Assembly (NCBI GenBank): GCA_963752475.1
Contig: CAVVYR010000019.1
Span: 128,001-192,000, forward strand
Reading direction: 5' to 3'
DNA from: an uncultured Chloroflexia bacterium
Lineage (GTDB): Bacteria; Chloroflexota; Limnocylindria; Limnocylindrales; CSP1-4
DNA: 64,000 bases
The notes beneath the pieces were generated by a model. It had not been told where the DNA came from and did not search any database. It saw only the letters and a program-made list of their open reading frames with translations. Every line of letters begins with the position of its first letter. The stretch's first letter is position 1. Of the stretch, positions 37,932 through 49,442 are shown piece by piece. Position numbers and translations under genes: made by a program.

Positions 37932-38750
37932 GATGCGGTCCCCTTGCGTTTCGAAGAGCCGCGGGCGCAGGTCTGAGGGGGGGTCGATGACCGGCGACAG
38001 GCGGTAGGTACGCCCGACCATGGCACCCCGTACGACTGGCCTGACACCGGGCCAGAGGGCCCGGAGTCGCGGGCCGAACGGACCATAGTCCCTCACCTCC
38101 CGACTTCACCCCACCACCGAAGGTCGGGGACCATCGGCGCTATCGGTACTGGCACATGCGACGACGCGCCCGCCGCGGTAGCGGGTCTGCCCGCCTCATC
38201 GGTCGAGTAGGCGCGCTCGTCGATCGATCAGACGCATTCCACGTGTCCCCTCCGGATCAGGACCAAGCCGATGTGCTTGCCGTTCGACGGGTGAACACGA
38301 CAGATGACGCGGTCTGTGCGCCCGCCTGGGGACCGAACGGCCATGGTCTTGCTGTCACGCGGCAGCGACCGACCGGTCCGGCGCGCTAGGCCCGGCCCGG
38401 GTCCACCTGTCGTCGAAGTCGGGTCACGATGATGATCGTCCTGACTGCACGCTCGCCGCGGTGGGGCGGGGCTTGCTCAACTCGCCAAGGCACGTGAAGA
38501 CTGGTCGTCGCCGTCATGGCGGAGGCCGCCGAGGCGGCGCGAAGAGGTTGCCTGGTGGTCGGCACGCCATGACCTGGCATCGAGGGCAGCTGCTTGCTCG
38601 AAAGGTTGAGCTCACGCTGCGTCTCCGCGTCATCGTCGTGTCCCTTGACCCATGCACCGGGGCAGACGACCACACGCACCGTGCCCTCGTCAGCAGGCAG
38701 TTCCTCAGCTGACCCTCGTTCGATGCGCGGATCGTTGGTTCGTGCAGGGA

Positions 38751-39878
38751 TCAGGGGTCGGTGACCTCGACCGGCACTGCCTGATCGGTCCACCAGAGTG
38801 CGGACGTCTCCGGTCCGTCCATGCCTCGCAAGACCGAGCCGACCACCACCAGCTCGCCGGACGGCGAGAGCGCGAGGCCGCTGAGCCCCACGGTCTGGCC
38901 AGGCTCGATACCGCCGAGGCCGAGCGGGGTCAGTGCACCGTCCGGCTCCAGACGCCACACCTCCGAGGGACAGACCGGGGTGTCACCCCCGCACCCCGCT
39001 ATCACGGTCACGGTTCCCGAGACCACCTGGATGGCACTGCCCTTCGGCGTGGTCTCGAGGATGTCGGTCCAGGTGTTGCCTGCATCGGGCCGAGTCATGA
39101 GCACGTGCTCATCCTGCCGCCCGACCGCGATCCAGCCGTCCGCGCCGTTCGCCACCGACAACAACGCGGAGCCCGTCCCGTGACCCTGGGTCGTCCAGCC
39201 TCGCTCGTCTCCGGTCCAGGCAGACCATCCCTCGACCTCATAGTCACCATCCATGGCAGCCCCGAGCCAGCCGACGGTCACCACGCCCGTCTCAGCGGCG
39301 GCGACCCCGATCGGCATGAACATCGGTTCCGAGGGTGGCAGGGGCTGCAGGGTCCGGAGGTCATCGGAACGCCAGACCCCGAAACGTTCGCACTGTTGCT
39401 CTCCGCCTGCCCAGCCGCAGCCGACCGCGTAGAGCGTGCTCTCGTGGCCGGCGAGGTCGAAGAAGTAGGCGTGCTCGAGCGGAGGATCGAGCGGCCGCAC
39501 CTCCCAGGAGCGACCGTCGGGCGAGACCCAGAGCGCCCCCGGCATCCCTGTCGCGACGAAGCCCGAGCCGACGGCGGCCACACGCGAGAGGAGGCCACCC
39601 TCGGATTCGCCCGTGATGGGTTCCACGCTCCACGACAGCCCATCCGGCGAGTACAGGGCCAGGGGCTCAGGTGACCCGAGGTCGAGATATCCGACTGCGA
39701 CCCAACCGGCGTCGTTCACAGCGACATCCAGGATGGTGGTACCGGACGGCAGTTCCTCGGGTAGTGCCACGCGGTCGAGCTCGACGCTCGGAATCAGGGC
39801 GGGGTCAGCCCCACTCGTCGTGGCGGGTGTAGCAAGAAGGAAGATCGCCACCGCCGCAGCGACAGCTGCTCTGGACAT
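38751..39878 (-). CDS. Secreted beta-propeller-like hypothetical protein
   Basis: Signal peptide, repeated SPDG..W (Asp-box-like) and WVAVG motifs. Confidence 0.75.
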   Translation of the reverse strand: MSRAAVAAAVAIFLLATPATTSGADPALIPSVELDRVALPEELPSGTTILDVAVNDAGWVAVGYLDLGSPEPLALYSPDGLSWSVEPITGESEGGLLSRVAAVGSGFVATGMPGALWVSPDGRSWEVRPLDPPLEHAYFFDLAGHESTLYAVGCGWAGGEQQCERFGVWRSDDLRTLQPLPPSEPMFMPIGVAAAETGVVTVGWLGAAMDGDYEVEGWSAWTGDERGWTTQGHGTGSALLSVANGADGWIAVGRQDEHVLMTRPDAGNTWTDILETTPKGSAIQVVSGTVTVIAGCGGDTPVCPSEVWRLEPDGALTPLGLGGIEPGQTVGLSGLALSPSGELVVVGSVLRGMDGPETSALWWTDQAVPVEVTDP

Positions 39879-40274
39879 CGTCGGTCCCTCCGCTATGGGT
39901 GTACGCAACGAACGTGGGTCGAGTGTCTCGGTCACGCAAGTGCCATCGGCACCACCATGAGCGTCTTCCCCTGGCGCCCACGACAGCGTCCGTCTCACCA
40001 TCGCCGCCGGCTCGATCAGCGCCAGGTCGGACGGCACTTGGCGCCTGCGATCCGATCCGGGCAAGGTCGGGTCGGCAGGTGCTCCCGCGGACGGGATCCG
40101 GCAAGAAGTCATCGCTATCACCGTTGCTGGAGTGGCGGCCTTCCTCGCCGCCTAGCTGCCCTTCACCCTCATCCCGGGAGGGCCACTCCAGGGCGACGGA
40201 TAGCCTCGGGCCGTTCGACACTTGACCGCCTGACCGTGATGCGGAGGATGGACTTGTTCGCAACGGGGCCTGGA

Positions 40275-41399
40275 ATGCAGCGATCGGCAACGGCGCTACT
40301 CACCGCCGCACTCATCTTGGCCGGCACGGGGCTCGCCGCTGCTCAGTCGTCAACCGCCGGCCCTGACGCCACGGGCCAGCGGATCGAGCTTCCGGGCTAC
40401 GGCGCGTCGATCATCGTGCCTGAGCACTGGACGACGGACATCGGGGGCCCGGGAGGCCCCCCGCTGTTCCCGGAGTCTCGGCTCCACGAGGGTCTCTCCG
40501 TCATCGCCACGGGCCGTCCCGAAGCCCAGCAGTGCCGCCTCATCGCGTCGTCGCCTGCGACCTGCGCTGCACCGGTCGATCTCTCGGCCGAGCTGGCGGC
40601 TCCGGGCTGGGACCCGATCCAGCTTCCGGCAGGTGAGGCCGCATACCAGGCGCTCGACTATCCCGAGACTCCCGACGTCGCCTGCTCCCGGTACCTCCTG
40701 AGCGACGGCCTCGATGTCTACGAGCTGCGTTGCTGTGGCGCCGTCCGTCCAGCCGACGCCTGGCGCCCGATCGCGGATACCTTCGCGTTCCCCGAGCAGT
40801 CACGCTGGGACAGCCCCGACGCCGACGGCCGCGATCTGCTCGAAGAGGTTGGCGTGGTCTTGCAGAAGCAACTCATCCGGCCGTCCGGCTGGACAGGATC
40901 CGGTGAGACCCAGACAGCCAAACGATGGATGAACAGGCCACGCAACAAGCTGAGCGGGGGTGAAGTCGCCGCCATCCGGGCCATGGTCCGAGTCCTGGGT
41001 GTCCCCGCCAAGCGGGTCACCATCGGTGAGCGTGTCTACGAGTCCGAGGCTGGTGAGGTACTCCTCGCCGTCGATGATGTCCATGTCCCCGGGATCTCGA
41101 CCGAGGTCCTCCTCGACGGGCTTCTGACCTGGCTGGCCGAGGGCTGGGATCGTCGATATGAGGCCGCACCCACCTTCAAGCAGGTGGACATCAGTGGCCG
41201 AGACGTCCTGGCGATCACCTTCGGGGCCGATGACCCGACCGAGTACGTCCTCATCTCCGGCGATACCGCCATCCGGGTGCGGGGGTCTGACACGGAGGCG
41301 GCCATGAACATGCTGGAGGCGCTCTCCTGCCGCCATCTGGACGTCTTCTCCCTGGTCACCGAGTACCTCGTCGAACGGTTCCGGTCTGCCGGGGAGTAG
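40275..41399 (+). CDS. Secreted hypothetical protein
   Basis: Signal peptide ending AAAQ, long ORF with coding-like bias, no family recognised. Confidence 0.7.
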   Translation: MQRSATALLTAALILAGTGLAAAQSSTAGPDATGQRIELPGYGASIIVPEHWTTDIGGPGGPPLFPESRLHEGLSVIATGRPEAQQCRLIASSPATCAAPVDLSAELAAPGWDPIQLPAGEAAYQALDYPETPDVACSRYLLSDGLDVYELRCCGAVRPADAWRPIADTFAFPEQSRWDSPDADGRDLLEEVGVVLQKQLIRPSGWTGSGETQTAKRWMNRPRNKLSGGEVAAIRAMVRVLGVPAKRVTIGERVYESEAGEVLLAVDDVHVPGISTEVLLDGLLTWLAEGWDRRYEAAPTFKQVDISGRDVLAITFGADDPTEYVLISGDTAIRVRGSDTEAAMNMLEALSCRHLDVFSLVTEYLVERFRSAGE

Positions 41400-41512
41400 C
41401 CGTCCAACCGCCATGCTCTGGTTCGTGCTGCCCCCACAGCCATCACGATCCTGACCGTGTTGTTCCGTGAGTTGGCAGCGCGCCGACGGGATCCGTCCCT
41501 CCGGCGCTCGAG

Positions 41513-43192
41513 CTAGCCTGTCAGCGCGCGGTCCCGGATGGCGCGCAGGCGCTTCATGACGTCGTTGGAGCCACGGCCGAAGTAGTCGTGGAGCAGCTCG
41601 TATTCGGCATAGAGCTCGTCGTAGACGGCCGCCGCTGCTGGATCGGGCACGTAGCGCTCGTCACGCAGGAAGGCCATCTTCCCGACCGCATCCTCGATGG
41701 AGTCGTAGCCTCCCTTGTCGGCACCGGCCGCGACCGCAGCCCACATCGATGAGCCTAGCGCGGGCGCCTGGCTGGAGGCGGCGATGGAGAACTCACGCTT
41801 GGTGATGTCGGCATAGATCTGCATCAGCAGCTTGTTCTTGTCCGGCAGGCCGCCGCAGGCCACGATGTCCTTGATGGGCACGCCAGAGGCCTCGAACGAT
41901 TCGATGATGCGGCGCGTACCGAAGGCCGTGGCCTCGATGAGTGCGCGGTAGACCTCAGGGGCCTTGGTCGCCATGGTGGCGCCGAGGATGAGGCCCGAGA
42001 GGTCGACGTCGACGAGGATCGAGCGGTTGCCGTTGACCCAGTCGAGCGCCACCAACCCCGACTGGCCGGGGGCCAGCTTGGCGGCCTCTCTCTCGAGCAC
42101 CTGGTGGACGTCGAGGCCTTCGCGCTCAGCGGTCTCGAAGTACTCCGCCGGCACGAGGTTGTCGACGAACCAGGCGAAGATGTCGCCCACGCCCGACTGT
42201 CCGGCCTCGTAGCCGAAGAGCCCGGGCAGGATCCCGTCCTCCACCACGCCGCACATGCCCTCGACGTTGGCCTGCTTCTCGCCCAGCACCATGTGGCAGG
42301 TGCTGGTGCCCATGACCATGACCATGCGGCCGGGCTCGGTCACCGTCACCGCCGGTACCGAGACGTGGGCGTCGACGTTGGCCACAGCCACGGCGGTGCC
42401 TGGCTGCAGGCCGGTCCAGGCGGCGGCCTCTTCGGTCAGCTCGCCGGCCTTGTCCCCGATCGACGTGATGCTCCGCGACATCTTCTCGTCCACGACCTTC
42501 GCAAGGCGGGGATCGAGCGCAGCGAAGTAGCCGTCGTCGGGGAAGCCCTCGGACTTCGACCAGATGGCCTTGTAGCCGGCGGTGCAGCTGTTGCGCGTCT
42601 CGACGCCGGTCAGGCGCCAGATGACCCAGTCGGCGGCCTCGATGAGCCGGTCGGCCTCATCGTAGATCTCGGGCGCTTCGTCGAGGATCTGGAGCGCCTT
42701 GGAGTAGAACCACTCCGAGGAGATCTTGCCGCCGTAGCGGGGTAGCCACTCCTCGCCGCGGTCGCGGGCGGTGGCGTTGATGAGGTCTGCCTCGGGCTGC
42801 GCGGCGTGGTGCTTCCATAGCTTGACCCAGGCGTGCGGGTTGCGGCGCCACTCGGGGAGCGTGGCCAGCGGCGTGCCGTCAGCCTTGGTCGGCAGCATCG
42901 TGCAGGCGGTGAAGTCGACGCCCACACCGATGACGTCAGCGGCATCGATGCCGGCCTCGGCGATGGCCGCCGGGATGGCCTGCCCGAACGTGCGCAGGTA
43001 GTCGTCTGGATCCTGCAGGGCCCATTCCGGCGCGAGCGTCACGTCCGAGTCGGGCGCGGGCAGCGCCTCATCGATGACGCCGTTGGAGTAGGCGTAGACG
43101 CTGCTACCGAGCTCCTGGCCGTTCGTGGGGTCGATGACCACGGCGCGGCCGGACTCGGTGCCGAAGTCGACGCCGATGACGTAGCTGGGCAC
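41513..43192 (-). CDS. araB: L-ribulokinase
   Basis: IGVDFGTESGRA, KLWKHHAAQ, MGTSTCH, YEAGQS, LDWVNGNR. GTG start after GGAGG. Confidence 0.95.
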   Translation of the reverse strand: MPSYVIGVDFGTESGRAVVIDPTNGQELGSSVYAYSNGVIDEALPAPDSDVTLAPEWALQDPDDYLRTFGQAIPAAIAEAGIDAADVIGVGVDFTACTMLPTKADGTPLATLPEWRRNPHAWVKLWKHHAAQPEADLINATARDRGEEWLPRYGGKISSEWFYSKALQILDEAPEIYDEADRLIEAADWVIWRLTGVETRNSCTAGYKAIWSKSEGFPDDGYFAALDPRLAKVVDEKMSRSITSIGDKAGELTEEAAAWTGLQPGTAVAVANVDAHVSVPAVTVTEPGRMVMVMGTSTCHMVLGEKQANVEGMCGVVEDGILPGLFGYEAGQSGVGDIFAWFVDNLVPAEYFETAEREGLDVHQVLEREAAKLAPGQSGLVALDWVNGNRSILVDVDLSGLILGATMATKAPEVYRALIEATAFGTRRIIESFEASGVPIKDIVACGGLPDKNKLLMQIYADITKREFSIAASSQAPALGSSMWAAVAAGADKGGYDSIEDAVGKMAFLRDERYVPDPAAAAVYDELYAEYELLHDYFGRGSNDVMKRLRAIRDRALTG

Positions 43193-43226
43193 GGTTCCCT
43201 CCTGGATGCTGTGACTGCTGTTGGCT

Positions 43227-44318
43227 CTACTTGCCCGGCGCGGGGCCGGTCGAGTCGCGGACCACGAGATCCGGCTCGAGGAGTGGGTGGAAGTCACCCA
43301 GGACCTCGTCGCGGCCGATGGCCAGATCGACGGCGGCGAGCACCATGGCCGCCGTGGGCATGCGCACGGTCGTGAGGGCGGGCACGGTATAGGCGGCCTC
43401 GGGGATGTCGTCGAAGCCGGTGATGGAGACGTCCTCCGGAACACGCAGGCCGCGCTGATGGGCTTCATGCAGCATGCCCATGGCGAGCACGTCGGTGGGG
43501 GCCACGATGGCTGTCGGCGGCTCGGCCGACTCCATCAGCTCTGCGAGGGCCGCGGCACCGCCAGCGTAGGTGTTGGGCGCGTCGCGGCGGTACTCGTCGG
43601 GCGTCGCCAGCCCGTGGCCGTGGACCGTGGCCACGAAGGCGTCTTCGCGCTCGGTGATGTCGCCCAGGCGTCCGCGCGGTCCGGCGAAACCGATGCGCTC
43701 ATGTCCCAGCTCGACGAGGTGGTCCACAGCAGCGCCGATACCGAGCTTGTTGTCGACCGACACGGTGGGGATACCGCTCTCTCGTGAGCCATGCCACAGC
43801 GCGACCACCGGGATGCTCGTGCTCTGTAGCTCCTCGATCAGACCGGGCCGATCGCGCAGGTCGCCCAGGAAGAGGAGGGCATCGCAGTGGCGGGCCTCGA
43901 GGATGCTCGTCAGCGCCTCCGCCTCCTCCGCACTCTCGTGCGCGTGGCCCAGGACCACGTTGTAGCCGCGCTTGTTGGCCTCCAGCGAAGCGGCCTCGAT
44001 GGCGCCGGCGAAGAAGGGATCGGTGATGTCACGCACGATGACCCCGAGCAGCATGGTGGGCGCACCACGCAGCCCACGGGCCAGCGGGTTGGGCCGATAG
44101 CCCATCTGGCGGGCGGTCTCCATCACGCGCTTGCGTGTGGCCTCGGCGATGGGCACGGCCGTGGGGGTGCCCGAGAGCACGCGCGAGACGGTCGACTGGG
44201 AGACACCGGTAGCCTCCGCGATGTCGCGCATGGTGGGGGCACCGTTGGCGCGTCGACCGGGACCCGCCTGCGCGCCTGCTGCCGCGGTCTTCCGCGCACT
44301 CTGATCGGAGCTGCTCAT
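43227..44318 (-). CDS. LacI family regulator (probable arabinose regulon repressor)
   Basis: [43 protein letters not shown]. Confidence 0.93.
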   Translation of the reverse strand: MSSSDQSARKTAAAGAQAGPGRRANGAPTMRDIAEATGVSQSTVSRVLSGTPTAVPIAEATRKRVMETARQMGYRPNPLARGLRGAPTMLLGVIVRDITDPFFAGAIEAASLEANKRGYNVVLGHAHESAEEAEALTSILEARHCDALLFLGDLRDRPGLIEELQSTSIPVVALWHGSRESGIPTVSVDNKLGIGAAVDHLVELGHERIGFAGPRGRLGDITEREDAFVATVHGHGLATPDEYRRDAPNTYAGGAAALAELMESAEPPTAIVAPTDVLAMGMLHEAHQRGLRVPEDVSITGFDDIPEAAYTVPALTTVRMPTAAMVLAAVDLAIGRDEVLGDFHPLLEPDLVVRDSTGPAPGK

Positions 44319-44360
44319 CGGGCCTCCATGCCATGGATGATGCTGATAGGGTACAACGGA

Positions 44361-44397
44361 TTGACGTGGTGCAATCGAGTGCATACACTCGTTTGCA
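44361..44397 (+). promoter_or_regulatory. ABC operon promoter with tandem LacI-type operators
   Basis: TTGACG-N17-TACACT, TGCAATCGAGTGCA and TACACTCGTTTGCA. 19 bp are identical to the araA promoter. Confidence 0.82.
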
Positions 44398-44449
44398 TTC
44401 TCGAAACGCGCGGCATCGGTCGTGTATGGGTCTAGTGACGAGGACAAGC

Positions 44450-46015
44450 ATGCTTGGCACCGCGCCGATGGCCGCTGAGTCTACGCCCGCGCCGCCTCAG
44501 CCGATCTTGGAGATGCGCTCGATCGACAAGCGCTTCCCGGGTGTGCATGCGCTCGATGACGTCTCGATGGACGTCTTGCCCGGCGAGGTCCATGCGCTGG
44601 TCGGGGAGAACGGAGCCGGCAAGTCGACACTGATGAAGATCCTTGCCGGGGTCTATACCGCGGACGCGGGTGAGATGGTCTACAAGGGCCAGCCCTACGC
44701 CCCGCACACCCCCGGCGCCGCACGCGACGCCGGGATCGTGACCATCTACCAGGAGCTGAACCTGGTGCCCGAGATGTCCGTGGCCGAGAACATGTACATG
44801 GGCATGGAGCTGGCGCGTGGCCCGTTCATCGACCGCCGCGCGATGCTCCAGCGCTCCCGCGAGCTGCTGTCGACGCGCCTTCACCTGGACGTGGACCCGG
44901 GGACCGCCGTCGGACGGCTGGGTGTCGGTCAGCAACAGATGGTGGAAGTGGCCAAGGCGCTCCTGCACGAGGCCGACATCATCATCATGGACGAGCCCAC
45001 GGCATCCCTGAGCCCGCGCGAGATCGCCGATCTCTTCACCATCGTCAACGAGCTCAAGGACCATGGTGTCTCGACCATCTTCATCAGCCACCACCTCAAC
45101 GAGGCCTTCGAGCTGAGTGACCGCACCACGGTCCTGCGTGACGGCCAGCTGGTATCCACCCAGCCCACATCGGAGCTGACGACACAATCGCTCATCCAGC
45201 TGATGGTCGGGCGTGCCCTTGCGGATCGCGAACCCAAGAAGCCAGTGGACGTCGGAGATGAGGTCCTTCGCGTGGAGGGACTGACCCGCCACGGCGTCTT
45301 CGAGGACATCTCCTTCAGCGCTCGGGCCGGCGAGATCGTAGGGCTTGCCGGGCTCGTGGGCGCCGGACGGACAGAGGTGGTACGGGCCATCTTCGGGGCC
45401 GACCCGCACGACGGCGGCCAGGTCTTCATCAACGGCGAGGCCGTGACCATCAGGTCCCCACGCGACGCTATCGACCACGGCATCGCGCTGCTGACCGAGG
45501 ACCGCAAGAACCAGGGTCTGGTGCTGCTCTTCGACGTGCGCGAGAACATCACGCTCGCGGTGCTCGATCGCCTCACCCGCACCCAGCTGACCGACACCAG
45601 CCGGGAGCGGGAGATCGCCGGCGGCTTCATCGACCGCCTTGCCATCAAGGCCTCCAGCCAGGAGCAGGAGGCCATGAACCTCTCCGGCGGAACGCAGCAG
45701 AAGGTCGTGCTCAGCAAGTGGCTCGCGGCAGAGGCGCGGGTCATCATCTTCGACGAGCCTACGCGCGGCATCGACGTCGGTGCCAAGGCCGAGATCTACG
45801 AGATCATGAACGAGCTCGTGGCTAACGGCGATACCATCCTCATGGTCAGCTCGGAGCTGCCCGAGATCCTGGCCATGAGCGACCGCGTGCTCGTGATGCA
45901 GGGCGGTCGCATCCGCGGCGAGCTCTCACGCGAAGAGGCCACGCAGGAACAGATCATGCACTTCGCTACGGCCTCCGACTCGGGGAACGGCGAGGCAGGC
46001 GCGGCGGATGACTGA
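44450..46015 (+). CDS. Sugar ABC ATP-binding protein (probably arabinose)
   Basis: [21 protein letters not shown], two NBDs. Confidence 0.92.
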   Translation: MLGTAPMAAESTPAPPQPILEMRSIDKRFPGVHALDDVSMDVLPGEVHALVGENGAGKSTLMKILAGVYTADAGEMVYKGQPYAPHTPGAARDAGIVTIYQELNLVPEMSVAENMYMGMELARGPFIDRRAMLQRSRELLSTRLHLDVDPGTAVGRLGVGQQQMVEVAKALLHEADIIIMDEPTASLSPREIADLFTIVNELKDHGVSTIFISHHLNEAFELSDRTTVLRDGQLVSTQPTSELTTQSLIQLMVGRALADREPKKPVDVGDEVLRVEGLTRHGVFEDISFSARAGEIVGLAGLVGAGRTEVVRAIFGADPHDGGQVFINGEAVTIRSPRDAIDHGIALLTEDRKNQGLVLLFDVRENITLAVLDRLTRTQLTDTSREREIAGGFIDRLAIKASSQEQEAMNLSGGTQQKVVLSKWLAAEARVIIFDEPTRGIDVGAKAEIYEIMNELVANGDTILMVSSELPEILAMSDRVLVMQGGRIRGELSREEATQEQIMHFATASDSGNGEAGAADD

Positions 46016-47066
46016 ATCCCAGACGGCGGTCAGCCGCTCCGGCGCGCTCGCGCGCAGCATCCTCTCGGGTGCCGGCCCGGCGCTGGTGCTGATCGCCATG
46101 GCCATCGGGCTGTGGATCATGTCGCCGGCCTTCCGCTCGCCCACGAGCCTGATGCTCATCGGCCTCGAGGCTGCCGCGCTCGGTCTCGTGGCGGCCGGCC
46201 AGACCTTCGTCATCCTCACCGGCGGCATCGACCTCTCCGTGGAAGCGATGGTGTCGTTCTCCGGCGTCATCGCAGCCATCATGATCGCCGGCTCCAACGT
46301 CAGCGGTGGGCAGATCGCCGGCGGCTTCCCCTCCTGGCTGGCCATCCCCATCGCACTCGCAGTGGGTGCCGCCATCGGCGCCGGTCAGGGCGTGCTGGTG
46401 ACCGCCTTCCGCATGAACCCGCTGATCGTGACGTTAGGCATCAGATCGGTGCTGCTCGGATCCGCGCTCGTGCTCTCGCGTGGCTCGGGCATCTACATCA
46501 AGAAGGATGACCTGCTCGGCTTCCTCACTGGTCGCATCGAGATCTTCGGCATCAACATCCCCATCCCGCTGATCCTCACGGTCATCATCTACTTCATCTG
46601 CTGGATCGTTCTCAAGCGCACGAAGTTCGGCCGCTACGTCTACGCCATCGGCGGCAACGAGACGGCAGCCCGCCTGTCGGGTGTACGCACGAGCCTGGTC
46701 AAGCTCTCGGTCTACGCCATCGCCGGCTTCCTGGCCGCACTGGCGGGCATCATCGTCATGGGGCGCCTGGAGTCCGGCGCCTACCAGAACGGCACCAACC
46801 TCACGCTCATGTCGGTCGCGGCCGTGGTCATCGGTGGCACCGCCCTCACGGGCGGCATCGGCGGCATCTGGGGCACGCTCATCGGTGTCTTCATGATCCG
46901 CCTGGTCGATGCCGGTCTCGTCTATATGAGCTTCCCGTCCCAAGCCAAGGAGATCATGATCGGCGCGATCATCGTGCTGGCCGTGCTCATCGACACCTGG
47001 CGCCGCGGACAGATCCCGTGGCTGACCTTCAGGTTGAGGGGAGGTGACTCCGGGGACAAGACATAG
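46008..47066 (+). CDS. Sugar ABC permease
   Basis: [30 protein letters not shown]. Confidence 0.92.
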   Translation: MTESQTAVSRSGALARSILSGAGPALVLIAMAIGLWIMSPAFRSPTSLMLIGLEAAALGLVAAGQTFVILTGGIDLSVEAMVSFSGVIAAIMIAGSNVSGGQIAGGFPSWLAIPIALAVGAAIGAGQGVLVTAFRMNPLIVTLGIRSVLLGSALVLSRGSGIYIKKDDLLGFLTGRIEIFGINIPIPLILTVIIYFICWIVLKRTKFGRYVYAIGGNETAARLSGVRTSLVKLSVYAIAGFLAALAGIIVMGRLESGAYQNGTNLTLMSVAAVVIGGTALTGGIGGIWGTLIGVFMIRLVDAGLVYMSFPSQAKEIMIGAIIVLAVLIDTWRRGQIPWLTFRLRGGDSGDKT

Positions 47067-47149
47067 GAGGCGTATGCCCTGCGGGGCACAGGAACAGATA
47101 GACGCCGGCCACGAAAGATGCCGGCGTGGAGGAAGTAGGAGGAGGATCC

Positions 47150-48196
47150 ATGCGGACCCATCTCAAGATCGCCGCCATCGGTGCGGCTCTGGCTGTGACC
47201 GCCAGCGGAGCGGCAGTGACCGCGCAGGACGAGGAGGCCAAGACCGTCGGCTTCGTGCCACCGGCGCTGACCAGCCCGTTCCACGTCTCCATGAGCGAGG
47301 GTGCCAGTGACGCCGGTGGCGACAAGGGCTGGACGGTCGACGTCCAGGCACCCACCGCCGAGGGCGACTTCGCCGCGTTCGTGACGACCGTCGAGCAGTT
47401 GCTCGAGAAGGGCGTCGACGGCTTGAGCATCAACCCCATCGGCACCGACTCGGCCGTGACCGCCGTGAAGGCGGCCAACGAGAAGGGTGTGCCCATCATC
47501 GCGCACAACTTCATCACTCCCTTCTCCGAGGGCGAGGTCCTTTCGTACATCGGCTATGACCAGTGGGGCGGCGCTGAGAAGCTGGCGGCCCACACCTGCG
47601 AGCTGCTGGCCGGCAAGTACGGCACCGAGGTAGCGGATGCCAGCGGCAAGGTCTACATCCTGCTGGGCATCGACTCGATCTTCAGCCATCGCCGCACGGG
47701 CGGCTTCAAGGCCGGGCTCGAGAAGAACTGCCCCAACGTCGAGGTCGTCGGCGAGCAGACCGCCAACTGGGTCCGCCAGGACGGTCAGGCCGTGGCTTCG
47801 ATCGCTTGGCAGACCGATCCGGACATCGATGTCTTCTATGGCAACAGCGATGAGATGGCCATCGGCGCCGCCCTCGCGGGTGAGCAACTGGGCCTCCAGA
47901 TCAACGAGGACTTCTTCGCAGTCGGCATCGACGGCAACCCGCCGACGCTCGACCTGCTTGGCGAGGGCAAGTTCAGCGCCACGCTGGGCGTGGACCCCTA
48001 CAACATGGGCGTCACGACCATGGAGACGCTGGAGAAGATCTTCAACGGTGAAGAGGTGCCTGCGATCACCCTGACCCCGTCGGTCGTGGTGACCCCGGAC
48101 AATCTCGATACCTACCTCGCCGGTGAGCTGTGGACGGAGCCCGTGGCCGGCTCCCCCGAGCTCGACAACGGCGAGCCCACGGTTCCCGAGGAGTAG
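47150..48196 (+). CDS. Sugar ABC substrate-binding protein
   Basis: Signal peptide, RbsB-like motifs ([14 protein letters not shown]), SD AGGAGGAGG. Confidence 0.92.
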   Translation: MRTHLKIAAIGAALAVTASGAAVTAQDEEAKTVGFVPPALTSPFHVSMSEGASDAGGDKGWTVDVQAPTAEGDFAAFVTTVEQLLEKGVDGLSINPIGTDSAVTAVKAANEKGVPIIAHNFITPFSEGEVLSYIGYDQWGGAEKLAAHTCELLAGKYGTEVADASGKVYILLGIDSIFSHRRTGGFKAGLEKNCPNVEVVGEQTANWVRQDGQAVASIAWQTDPDIDVFYGNSDEMAIGAALAGEQLGLQINEDFFAVGIDGNPPTLDLLGEGKFSATLGVDPYNMGVTTMETLEKIFNGEEVPAITLTPSVVVTPDNLDTYLAGELWTEPVAGSPELDNGEPTVPEE

Positions 48197-48425
48197 CGAC
48201 CAAGCCGGGTGGGGCCCGCAGGCTGGCATCGCCGATGCTGCCGAAGTCACTTCGATGGAGGAGGCGACATGCCTGCGGGCACTGCCCGTCGGGCCGAACG
48301 GCACAGGCCCGACATGAGAAGGTTGGGCATGGTCCGCGAAAGGCATTACGCGACCCTTCATGGGCCGACAAGGACAGGAGGAGAGTGAGCCCGCTCGGGC
48401 TCACCGAATAGGAGGACACCAACTA

Positions 48426-49442
48426 GTGAACACTCGAGCTCGCCGCTCCGTCGCGCTGATCACGGCGCTGGCGTTGGCGGTTCCGGCTGCGGTAGGTACA
48501 TCCGCCGTGGTCGCTGCGCAGGACGATGCACAGTTCTGCTCCGACACGAATATCGTCTTCTTCCCGGGTGGATCCGAGGGTGGCCCGTTCGCGACCGTCG
48601 TCTACAACGGCGCGAAGGCCGCTGAAGCCCTCTTTGGTCCCAGCGTGAACTACGTCTGGTCCGACTGGCTCCCAGAAAACATGATCAACCAGTTCGGCGA
48701 GGCCGTGGCCACCCAGCCCGACGGCATCGCCATCATGGGTCACCCCGGCGACGACGCCTTCAAGCCGCTCGTCGATGACGCGGTCGCCCAGGGCATCGTG
48801 GTCACGGTCATGAACACCGAGTTGCAGGAGACGCAGGCCGCCCACGCACCGGTAGGCACCGGATACGTCGGCGCCACGCTGTACAAGGCAGGGAACGACC
48901 TGGCGCTGGAAGCCATCAAGCGTGGCGCACTCGCCGAAGGCGACAAGGCCTTCGTGTGGGGCCTCGTTTCCCAGCCAGGTCGCGGGAAGCGGACGCAGGG
49001 CATCATCGACGGACTCGAAGACTCCGGCCTCGAGGTCGTGTATCTCGAGATCGACGATGCGACCAACTCCGACCCGGCGCAGGGCATCGCGACCTTCACC
49101 GGCATGGTTTCGGCCAACCCGGACCTCAAGGCTGCCTTCTTCGACCACGGCGATCTGACGTTCACGGCTCGTTCGTTCCAGGAAGCCGCGGGCCTTGGTC
49201 CTGACGACCTCTACGTCGCCGGTTTCGACCTCTCGGCGGGTGCCATCGACGGTGTCAAGTCGGGCTACCTCGACTTGGCCATCGACCAGCAGCAATGGCT
49301 GCAGGGGTTCGAGGCCGTCGCCCAGATCTGCCTGTCCCACAACTATGGCTTCAGCGGTCTGCACATCAACACCGGCGGTGGCTTCCTTGACGCCAGCAAC
49401 GTCGGGGATATCGAGGCTCTCGTCGAGGCTCAGATCCGCTAG
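48426..49442 (+). CDS. Second sugar ABC substrate-binding protein
   Basis: Signal peptide, AGFDLS, AIDQQQWLQG, SD AGGAGG. Confidence 0.88.
   Translation: MNTRARRSVALITALALAVPAAVGTSAVVAAQDDAQFCSDTNIVFFPGGSEGGPFATVVYNGAKAAEALFGPSVNYVWSDWLPENMINQFGEAVATQPDGIAIMGHPGDDAFKPLVDDAVAQGIVVTVMNTELQETQAAHAPVGTGYVGATLYKAGNDLALEAIKRGALAEGDKAFVWGLVSQPGRGKRTQGIIDGLEDSGLEVVYLEIDDATNSDPAQGIATFTGMVSANPDLKAAFFDHGDLTFTARSFQEAAGLGPDDLYVAGFDLSAGAIDGVKSGYLDLAIDQQQWLQGFEAVAQICLSHNYGFSGLHINTGGGFLDASNVGDIEALVEAQIR

Noticed and set aside
48197-48425. Riboswitch between the two ABC sets
   Set aside because: GC hairpins are present but no recognisable aptamer consensus; likely mRNA stabilising or terminator stems.
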